Origin: a virus
Length of the DNA: 64,000 nucleotides
Reading direction: 5' to 3' (one strand)
Virus record (IMG/VR): IMGVR_UViG_3300020411_003736
Coordinates: 1-64,000 of that record
Below the pieces are notes generated by a model. That model had not been told where the DNA came from and did no database searches. It saw only the letters and a program-made list of their open reading frames with translations. This document shows positions 56,456 through 64,000 of this stretch, piece after piece. The position numbers and the translations under genes were made by a program. Numbering within the stretch: position 1 is the first letter of the stretch; each line of letters begins with the position of its first letter.

Positions 56456-56707
56456 TTATTTTGATTCAGCTACAGATGCTTTACGATACTCAGTAACAAG
56501 TTTCTTAATCTCACCAACTGCTTTACGAGCTCTTCCACCAGCGGCTTTGTTACCTTTCTCTACGAACTTATGATGATCAGCTTCAAAAGCATCCCATTGT
56601 TCTTTCATCTGAGCAAATAATTCTGCACTACTCATTATCTTTTCCTTAATCTGAATTACTTTTTTCTCAACTATAACTGGTTTTTGTGGACCTACACCAC
56701 CCCCCAA
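56456..56707 (-). CDS. Histone H1-like Hc1-family protein
   Basis: EKGNKAAGGRARK..EIKKL..EYRKASV; alternative start at 56635. Confidence 0.75.
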   Translation of the reverse strand: MGGGVGPQKPVIVEKKVIQIKEKIMSSAELFAQMKEQWDAFEADHHKFVEKGNKAAGGRARKAVGEIKKLVTEYRKASVAESK

Positions 56708-56740
56708 CTTATTTCTCCTATTATAGTTGTTAATTAATAA

Positions 56741-57244
56741 TTACGCCTTTTCTTCAGCCGGCTTATCAATTAAGTCACCAGCTTTACCAGCTTTTTCTTC
56801 TTCAATTTCTTTCTTAGCTTCTGCTTTGAAATCTTTTTTCTTACCACCATGATAATCGTAAGCGTGACCTTCTTCAATCAGAATGTCATTTATACTTACC
56901 AATCCATCTTTATTTCTATCAACATTTTCTGATATCTCATGACCAACTACTGATGGGTCTACAAATATTTCTCCCAACACTCTACCGAACTTACCTGTGC
57001 CATAAGATACAATCTTAAATACACCAGCTTCCAATAACTCTTTATTTCGAGCCTTAGCTGCAAGTCCTTTCACCTTCTCTTCTTTATCACGAGTTCTACT
57101 TTCCCAAGTATCAATACCCATATATCTAATTCGTTTTTTAATTTTTAAATCGAAACCTAAATCAATATAACAATCGATTGTATCCCCATCTAAAACTTTT
57201 ACAAGTGTGCCATTATACTCAAATGACGCTGGTTTCTTTGCCAC
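56741..57244 (-). CDS. Thermonuclease (SNase)-family protein
   Basis: KVLDGDTI..RYMGIDTWE..GKFGRVLG. Confidence 0.85.
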   Translation of the reverse strand: MAKKPASFEYNGTLVKVLDGDTIDCYIDLGFDLKIKKRIRYMGIDTWESRTRDKEEKVKGLAAKARNKELLEAGVFKIVSYGTGKFGRVLGEIFVDPSVVGHEISENVDRNKDGLVSINDILIEEGHAYDYHGGKKKDFKAEAKKEIEEEKAGKAGDLIDKPAEEKA

Positions 57245-57256
57245 ATAATTTCTCCG

Positions 57257-57712
57257 TTAAAGGCGATGATTTAAATAATCTTCCCTTTCCTTTACAGCCT
57301 TTTTCAAAGCTGCTTTCTTTTCTTTCTCTCTATCTATAAGTATTTGAGTTTTGGTTCTTCTTTTGGGTTTTTTCTTAACTTTTACCTTTGTAGGTGATAA
57401 TGTACCTTTTAATTCAGGCACCTCTTTACCTTTATGATAAACTGTTCCATCCTTATCAACGAACTCAGCCATCCAATGCCAACCAGCAGGTCGACCTGTT
57501 TTTACTTTGACAGGTTTGTTTTGTTCGGGGAACATTTTGTGTAGTCTAGCCATAAGAGCCCTACTACCTATTACGGATACTGCATCTGTACTTACATTAG
57601 CAACAGGATCACCTGTTATTTTGCAATCCATATATGCTACCCCATCTATAGTGTAACCACCATTCATTTCGAATCTCCTTTCTTTTTGTTCATTTGTTTC
57701 TTTATGTTTCAT
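57257..57712 (-). CDS. Conserved phage hypothetical protein
   Basis: GRPAGWHWMAEFVDKDGTVYHKG motif. Confidence 0.55.
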   Translation of the reverse strand: MKHKETNEQKERRFEMNGGYTIDGVAYMDCKITGDPVANVSTDAVSVIGSRALMARLHKMFPEQNKPVKVKTGRPAGWHWMAEFVDKDGTVYHKGKEVPELKGTLSPTKVKVKKKPKRRTKTQILIDREKEKKAALKKAVKEREDYLNHRL

Positions 57713-57758
57713 AATCCTAACCCAATATAGATATATATAACTATAAAAGTCAAGACAA

Positions 57759-57944
57759 TTAAATCATTTCATACTCTGCATCTATTATTTTCATACAAAT
57801 ATATAATTCATTACCATTTCTTAAAATGGTGTCGGCCAATGAGTACTGTGCCTTTAACTCTTCATTGGAATATTCAGTATTGACCGACACCTTTCCGAGT
57901 ATCATATAACTCACATCATTTACATTGATGATCTTTTTTACCAC
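57759..57944 (-). CDS. Hypothetical protein
   Basis: Packed ORF. Confidence 0.5.
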   Translation of the reverse strand: MVKKIINVNDVSYMILGKVSVNTEYSNEELKAQYSLADTILRNGNELYICMKIIDAEYEMI

Positions 57945-57951
57945 TCAATCC

Positions 57952-58428
57952 TTAACTTATTTTGACTGAATGTTTTTGGGGCTTGGCGGGCTCCATTTTC
58001 GGAATTTCTATTGATAGTACACCATCCTTAAAATTGGCTTTTATAGATTCACCATCAAGTAATTCACCCAATGTGAAAGATCGTTTAAATGATGAGGCCT
58101 TTAACTCTCTACGAAGCACTTTAGCACCATTCTCTTCAGGTACTCCATGTTTATCACCTGAAATGGTTAAGACTCCTTCCTCAACATCAACATTGAGTTG
58201 CTTCTTATCCAAACCAGGTATTTCGGCAACAATACCAACTTTGTCATCGTATTCATAGACATTTACCTTTGGATAAGCTGTACCTTGATATGGTTTGACA
58301 CCTACTTGGTCTATGATTTCTGGAAATTGAGTTTCCACCATAGTGTCAAACATTTTATCAAATGGGGTTAAAAAATCATCCCTATCTGGAAAAGGGAAAT
58401 TGCGTGTATTAAAAACTAATTTAGTCAT
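57952..58428 (-). CDS. Hsp20/alpha-crystallin small heat-shock protein
   Basis: PKVNVYE..AEIPGL..VLTISG..FKRSFTL..ANFKDGVLSIEIPK. Confidence 0.92.
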   Translation of the reverse strand: MTKLVFNTRNFPFPDRDDFLTPFDKMFDTMVETQFPEIIDQVGVKPYQGTAYPKVNVYEYDDKVGIVAEIPGLDKKQLNVDVEEGVLTISGDKHGVPEENGAKVLRRELKASSFKRSFTLGELLDGESIKANFKDGVLSIEIPKMEPAKPQKHSVKIS

Positions 58429-58556
58429 TTTTTTCTCCTATGTGTTAACTTTTTAGTCTAACTAATTACCATCCCACTCTGTGGCGATAGCACTCGGTAT
58501 ATTATATACAATAACTATACCTTATATAAATATATGTCAAATTGACAAAATGTATG

Positions 58557-58826
58557 TCATTTTTTACTTTCAGTTATTGGTGCATCCACATCCAAATAAG
58601 ATTCCTCATCCTTCCACCATTCATATTGTTTACCTTGTCTATCAGCTAATTCTCTTTGTGTGTCGTAATGTTGTTCACTCATTACTTTCCATAACTTATC
58701 AAACTCTTTTTCTTCCATTTGTTTGATACCCATAAAATATGTTTTAGCACCAGAAATACCAACACCGCTAGCAATTTCACATCTACTAACTACCTCATCT
58801 GTTTTATTAACCAATACCCATTTCAT
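58557..58826 (-). CDS. Hypothetical protein
   Basis: AGGAG RBS. Confidence 0.5.
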   Translation of the reverse strand: MKWVLVNKTDEVVSRCEIASGVGISGAKTYFMGIKQMEEKEFDKLWKVMSEQHYDTQRELADRQGKQYEWWKDEESYLDVDAPITESKK

Positions 58827-58839
58827 ATGTTTCTCCTAA

Positions 58840-59304
58840 TCATTCATTGTCAACTACTCTCACATGTAATGAATCTACAAAGTGGTCTCCATGATCATCT
58901 GTGTAACCACATATAACTGTAATTCTATACCCTATAAAATTTTCCCAAACTGCAAACATAACATGAGCATTCCCATCTTCATCTGTCATAGATGATGGAT
59001 TAACTAAACTAACCCACTCATTATCGATCTGATACATATAATTTGAATCCCACATTAATCTCTGTGACCATCCACAATTAGTTGAGGCATCCAATCTCGT
59101 ATAAGTTTGTGCTAAATCTGCATTAAATTCTAATTCATAACTTTCATCTGTTTCATTATATGGTAATGTGCTGGATATATCTAACCCACAATCACAATCC
59201 TCAACCATTTCCATTTCTGAACCCATTGGATTTTCTGAACACCCTATCAGTGTCATAACAAAAAAACCTAATAGAAAAAACAATATAAACCTATAACTAT
59301 TCAT
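58840..59304 (-). CDS. Putative lipoprotein
   Basis: Signal peptide ending LIG-C. Confidence 0.6.
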   Translation of the reverse strand: MNSYRFILFFLLGFFVMTLIGCSENPMGSEMEMVEDCDCGLDISSTLPYNETDESYELEFNADLAQTYTRLDASTNCGWSQRLMWDSNYMYQIDNEWVSLVNPSSMTDEDGNAHVMFAVWENFIGYRITVICGYTDDHGDHFVDSLHVRVVDNE

Positions 59305-59381
59305 TTAAAACTCCCTTTTAAAAGTTACATAATATCCAGCCAAAAAATAAAAATATAAAAATACCATTGTAAAAACTACCA

Positions 59382-59549
59382 TTAGTTACCACCTACCACT
59401 ATAGCATTTGGAAACTTTTCTTTTAGTGATTTCATTTTTTTCTTCACTACCTCTTCCACATCATATACAGCATCAGGTACAACCTCTACACCATTTATAG
59501 TGATGGTTTCCATAGGATTTTCAAGTTTCCTAAACTTATATGTTTTCAT
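59382..59549 (-). CDS. Hypothetical early protein
   Basis: Start MKTYKF after promoter and RBS. Confidence 0.5.
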   Translation of the reverse strand: MKTYKFRKLENPMETITINGVEVVPDAVYDVEEVVKKKMKSLKEKFPNAIVVGGN

Positions 59550-59569
59550 TGTTTTTTCCCCTTTTTTCA

Positions 59570-59615
59570 TACCTAAAGCTAACAATAAAATGTAATACAA
59601 GTCAAGTCTTTTTTT
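59570..59615 (-). promoter_or_regulatory. Early-type promoter TTGACT-N18-TAGCTTTAG
   Basis: Promoter family motif. Confidence 0.7.
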
Positions 59616-59710
59616 TACCTTTTTTGAATATTTTTTCCCACCTTTTTGCCCATTCTTTTGGTGATATTTTTACTCTTGATTTATCACCCTTACCTGCATC
59701 TGAATATTTT

Positions 59711-59974
59711 TTATTCATCTTCATCTTCTACAAATTGGTCATAACCTTGCATTGGACTAACTTCTGGAGGTGTATCTGTCATTCTCATTATCTTTGTTCT
59801 CTCCTCTTCTAATTTATGAATCCAATCGTTTAACAAATCAATAATTTTATTTTTAGTTACTTCATGATCGTCATTATCCAAAATCTTATCAACCCACTTT
59901 TTATAAGTTCCCAAAAAACCAGACAGCCATATAGCAATTTCAGCCCTCTCTTCAGGCCAGGATCTTTGTCCCAT
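59711..59974 (-). CDS. Hypothetical protein
   Basis: GGAG RBS. Confidence 0.5.
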   Translation of the reverse strand: MGQRSWPEERAEIAIWLSGFLGTYKKWVDKILDNDDHEVTKNKIIDLLNDWIHKLEEERTKIMRMTDTPPEVSPMQGYDQFVEDEDE

Positions 59975-60542
59975 AATTAGTCTCCGTAGATTACTTTTAA
60001 GTTGTATGAAGCGTCAGTTACCCAGGTTGGGTAAAGGTAGGTGGTATGTGTTTTCTCTTTTGTTACTAAATAGTCAATTATAATTTCCATATTAATCTCC
60101 ACTAATAAATATCAATTCCCATCTCAATAAGACTTATCATTTATTTTATCCATCATCCTCTGAAGATCAAGTTTCAGATTTTTTCTAGACTTTAACTTAT
60201 CCCGTTTGCTTTTTATAATTTGCTTTATTGGAATTGGGTGTGTGGACATCCTAAGTGTTTTTTTCTTTTTCTTTCTCATCTCTTTATATAATTTACTAAC
60301 TTATGAATTGTATTCAATAATAAATATAATATATTACTTACCACCATAACAAACAAAATAAAAAGTTTACTCTCTATAACCTTATAGTACATATCAACCC
60401 AACTCTCCGCAATCTCTGGAGTAGTTTTCTTAATTTCGTTAATTATCTTCGACATCTTTCAGATCATCAATTAGAAGTTTTACAGCATCCCAATCTTTAT
60501 CATTGACAGCCCACTGAAGTCTTTTTATTATCATTTCTTTTG

Positions 60543-60803
60543 TCATATCAAATTACTATACTTTTGTAACTTTTCTTTTTTATATTTCATCCTTTTCATG
60601 ATATCTTTTGGATGAATCAATTCCTTTTCAAGCAACATATTTATCATAACTTGCACATCACCAACTTCTTCTATGAGTTTTTCATTATCATAATAATCTT
60701 CGGATCTTATAGCCTTAGAACATGCTTCAACCAACTCTCCACATTCTTCCATTGTAATCATTAACAATTCAGTATTATATTCTAACTTATCATTTATTAC
60801 CAT
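60543..60803 (-). CDS. MazG-like nucleotide pyrophosphohydrolase
   Basis: MEECGELVEACSK...LIEEVGDV. Confidence 0.75.
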   Translation of the reverse strand: MVINDKLEYNTELLMITMEECGELVEACSKAIRSEDYYDNEKLIEEVGDVQVMINMLLEKELIHPKDIMKRMKYKKEKLQKYSNLI

Positions 60804-61075
60804 GACCACCCCATTATTACAAAGTGAAAATATGAATATCCAGCAACAATCCAAAGAAAGCCTTTATAATATTCCATTCTAACATCAGCATCTGTTACCA
60901 TTTTTTTGGTATACATATCTTCTTTAGTTATTTTTCTATTTCCAAATACATCTCTAGCCATAAAAACCCCACATTATTAATTTATATAAAAGATACCAAC
61001 CTAATGCTGTTCCAATTGGCATTAAAATTAACCAGACAAACACTCCAAGCCAATCTACCTTTACTTTAGAATCTC

Positions 61076-61498
61076 TCATCCTTCTTCCTCATGTGGTTTG
61101 CCATGCCAAGGATATAATTCAGCATCATCCTCATCATCAAAAACCATAGGTTTGTCTTTATCTGATTCATCTACATCTTCTGCTATATTAGGATTAATTC
61201 CAGCAGAATTATTCGATTCCACCTCTAATTCACAACCCAAATGATTATAAGCAGAGCCGATGTAATCAAAATCTACATCAAAAGTATTTTTACCACATAT
61301 AGAACATACCCACTTTGCTCTCTCAGCTATTTCTTCTAAATCTTTTTCTTGCCCACCATCAAGTATCATTCTTTCCAAATCATCAATAGTTTCTTCCAAT
61401 TCCAATTTTTGACGAGTATTATTATCCTCTATCTCATCCTTCAATGTATATAATCGAGCCACTATTCTAACTAAATCTTCTTTCATCACGGACTCCAT
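61076..61498 (-). CDS. Hypothetical protein with CxxC..HxxC Zn motif
   Basis: WVCSICGK..HLGCE. Confidence 0.5.
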   Translation of the reverse strand: MESVMKEDLVRIVARLYTLKDEIEDNNTRQKLELEETIDDLERMILDGGQEKDLEEIAERAKWVCSICGKNTFDVDFDYIGSAYNHLGCELEVESNNSAGINPNIAEDVDESDKDKPMVFDDEDDAELYPWHGKPHEEEG

Positions 61499-61643
61499 TT
61501 CCCATCATCTTTATATTCATGTTGATATGATTTAATACCTTCATATAACCAATGAATGTATCTTCTAACTCTAGCACCCAACTCCATATCATTTGGATAT
61601 TTATCAACCATTTCTTTTATTATTTTTCTTACGGTTTTCATAT

Positions 61644-62054
61644 CTATGCTCCCACATAATTGGTTGTTCTATACCAATCAGGTTTCATTGCGATTTTCTC
61701 TTCTATCCTTTTTCTAATAATTTTATAATCCTCAACCTTTGGCATCCAATCTTTCCACAATTCATCAGGCCATTGTTCCCGTTTAAATACTCTTTCCGAA
61801 TCCGGCTTCATCCCGCGTAACCTCATCTCCCTTACCAATTCATTATAACGCTTAGACAAATACTTACCCTTATTATAAAAAAACTTTACATGACCAGTAT
61901 TCAATGTGTATCGTTTTGGAATACTATCAATATCCCAACTCTTTGATTTGAGACTCCGTTGTAATGCTGAACCAACCATAAATATCTCACGATACTCAGC
62001 AATTAAATGTTGGTCTGTCAATTCAGATGGATGTACAATATTAATTCTAGTCAT
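61644..62054 (-). CDS. denV: Pyrimidine-dimer DNA glycosylase / endonuclease V
   Basis: MTRIN..ELTDQHLIAEYRE..YTLNTGHVKFFYNK..EMRLRG..KP.WY. Confidence 0.92.
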   Translation of the reverse strand: MTRINIVHPSELTDQHLIAEYREIFMVGSALQRSLKSKSWDIDSIPKRYTLNTGHVKFFYNKGKYLSKRYNELVREMRLRGMKPDSERVFKREQWPDELWKDWMPKVEDYKIIRKRIEEKIAMKPDWYRTTNYVGA

Positions 62055-62081
62055 TGTTCTTAATATACTCAATAATTTTAT

Positions 62082-62831
62082 TTAAGTCAAGTCCAAATTT
62101 ATCTCATGTTCATCTTCATATGTTTTTAATATTCTCTTAACCAATGGATGTCTGATACAATCATCTCTCGTAAACTGATGATGGGCCACACCTTCGACAT
62201 CTTTTAATCTGAACCAAACATCATAGAACCCACTCTTTTCATAATTGACAACTCCATTGGCTTTGTACTTATCACATTGGCTCATATCACCTTGTATAAT
62301 CATCTTACAATTCTCTGATAATCTAGTCATCAATGTCTTTATCTGCATTGGTGATACATTTTGAGCCTCATCTAATATCACATAACAATTCTCTAAGTTT
62401 ACACCTCTGAGAAAATTCAATACTCCTATTTCAATTTTACTGTCATGTACCATTTTAGCTGCTTTATCCTTACCAATTATCTTATCCAATATGGTAAAGG
62501 TTGATTCGTTGTATTGTTGTATCTTCTTATCTAATTCACCAGGTAGGTATCCTAACTTATCTTCATTACCAACATCAACCGTAGGATTTATGATTATGAG
62601 TTTGTCATAACCCGTACCTCTCCTAAGTACATCTTGCAATGCCTTATAAATTGATACATAAGTCTTACCAGTTCCAGCAATACCATGACACAATATTAAT
62701 TGATTATCAAAATTACAAAGTTTCTGATATAATAACTTTTGATTTTCTGTTTTAGGTTCAAAGTTATTTACAATTTTTGGTATCTGTCCAATTGGTGTTT
62801 TATAAACTCGCTCTTTCTTCAATTTAACCAT
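62082..62831 (-). CDS. phoH: PhoH-family ATPase
   Basis: GIAGTGKT, LGYLPG, FLRG, ILDEAQN, GDMSQ, RHPLV. Confidence 0.92.
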   Translation of the reverse strand: MVKLKKERVYKTPIGQIPKIVNNFEPKTENQKLLYQKLCNFDNQLILCHGIAGTGKTYVSIYKALQDVLRRGTGYDKLIIINPTVDVGNEDKLGYLPGELDKKIQQYNESTFTILDKIIGKDKAAKMVHDSKIEIGVLNFLRGVNLENCYVILDEAQNVSPMQIKTLMTRLSENCKMIIQGDMSQCDKYKANGVVNYEKSGFYDVWFRLKDVEGVAHHQFTRDDCIRHPLVKRILKTYEDEHEINLDLT

Positions 62832-63187
62832 TCCCTATCAAAATCCCAACTTGCTCCTGTGTATGGCACTCTAACTAAATGATATAATTTGCCATCTATA
62901 GAAAAAATTTCATTTTTATGTTGTGGATTTACAACTTCAAAAGCTATTCTTTCATAAATCATCTCTAAAGTTTCTTCTCTTTGTATATCTATAGGTATTG
63001 AATTAAGTGAATATGGATGAATTATAGTAATACCAAGTTCTAAATTACTATCTGGATGATAATCATTTGGTGATAATATATAAGGTATCATTTCTGGTCT
63101 CACTTGCCCAGTCAGTTTTGCTGTACAAAAAAGGAATGTACTAATTGCAATTAAAAGATGAACTAACGATATATTTATTTTTTTCAT
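62819..63187 (-). CDS. Hypothetical secreted protein
   Basis: Signal-peptide-like N-terminus. Confidence 0.45.
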   Translation of the reverse strand: MKKINISLVHLLIAISTFLFCTAKLTGQVRPEMIPYILSPNDYHPDSNLELGITIIHPYSLNSIPIDIQREETLEMIYERIAFEVVNPQHKNEIFSIDGKLYHLVRVPYTGASWDFDREWLN

Positions 63188-63822
63188 TATGACTCCACTA
63201 AAACCCAACCCCTTTCCAATAAGGGTATTGCTTTTTTATATTTAACAACCTTTGAATCAGGACCACAAGCAATTAATACCTTCTGATTCCTACCTATTTT
63301 CTTTTCAACTCTGACAGTAGTATCCACTTTCCTATCCATACATACTACACCATTCAAATGATCAATCTCATGTTGAACACAAACTGATTCTAACAATCTC
63401 TGTTCCCTATCATGTTCTTTTGCTTTTTCTGCTTCCCAAGTACCTTTTGCACTTTCACCAACATCACAACCACTAAAAATCCAACCACTTTCTGATTGTG
63501 CGGTTTTTATGTGGACTGTTTCGTATCTTTTGGTGTGTACTCCTTTACCAGGATAAGATAAACATCCTTCATAATAATCTATCTCATTATGTTTCTCAAC
63601 GATTTTAGGATTTATTAAAACTATCGGCTCGCGTACATTAACAACAGCAACAGCAGCATCGATACCAATTTGGTTAGCAGCCAAACCAATTCCATCTTTA
63701 TTTTTGTTGAGGATCCTAAATAATTCTGTTGCAATTTGTTCACCTTCTTCAATTGAAACCTCTCTCAGTTTTTTATTAATAACTGGATTGTGTTCTTTAA
63801 AACAATTTATAACCTTTTTCAT
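63187..63822 (-). CDS. def: Peptide deformylase
   Basis: GIGLAANQIG, EGCLS, QHEIDHLNG. Confidence 0.93.
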   Translation of the reverse strand: MKKVINCFKEHNPVINKKLREVSIEEGEQIATELFRILNKNKDGIGLAANQIGIDAAVAVVNVREPIVLINPKIVEKHNEIDYYEGCLSYPGKGVHTKRYETVHIKTAQSESGWIFSGCDVGESAKGTWEAEKAKEHDREQRLLESVCVQHEIDHLNGVVCMDRKVDTTVRVEKKIGRNQKVLIACGPDSKVVKYKKAIPLLERGWVLVES

Positions 63823-64000
63823 GTATTAACTTACATAGAAAATCTATGATTGTCAAGTATTTTTTGGATCTAACTTTCTGATACAATGGGTGGGTACATT
63901 TTTTATAACTTCCTTTGTTTCCAGTACCTTAACAACATAAACGCCACCAGCTTCATCTAATATTTCAACCCTTTGTGTTTTATGTATCACACCATCTGGA

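Noticed and set aside
1-64000. Genome-wide stop-codon reassignment
   Set aside because: Long genes are intact under code 11 and TGA, TAG and TAA all terminate genes; the in-frame TGA is specific to the CxxU site.

Overview
This is a 64 kb segment of a large, AT-rich, contractile-tailed dsDNA bacteriophage (T4-like or jumbo-type myovirus), probably marine. The host is inferred to be FCB-group (e.g. Marinimicrobia/Bacteroidota-like). Almost all genes are on the minus strand. 1-4.4 kb is a host-like envelope/signalling cassette: type IV pilin, Popeye-type cNMP-binding membrane protein, Cys-less thioredoxin fold, MshEN-like c-di-GMP domain protein, lipoprotein and beta-barrel. 4.5-28 kb holds tail and baseplate genes (gp6-, gp25- and gp5-like), followed by a sigma-like factor. 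29-64 kb is accessory DNA: Mom-like acyltransferase, SLT, HNH, MoxR AAA plus vWA, glycosyltransferase, DUF262-HNH, DUF4338, Hsp20, DenV, PhoH and PDF. Several items are absent from the ORF track: (i) an Rdx/SelW-family selenoprotein with CxxU and a SECIS-like hairpin (43802-44050); (ii) a promoter-driven RNA operon with a ~420-nt highly paired ncRNA, two small hairpin RNAs and tRNA-Gly (32.2-32.9 kb); (iii) a second structured RNA candidate (42.2-42.5 kb); (iv) a 15-aa, 8-Cys micropeptide; (v) a 3.8-kb zone almost free of AGC/GCT that begins at G-rich repeats; (vi) four adjacent genes sharing an MIKLK(DLL) start cassette; (vii) recurring early and late promoter motifs. All family assignments come from reading motifs by eye, not from database searches.
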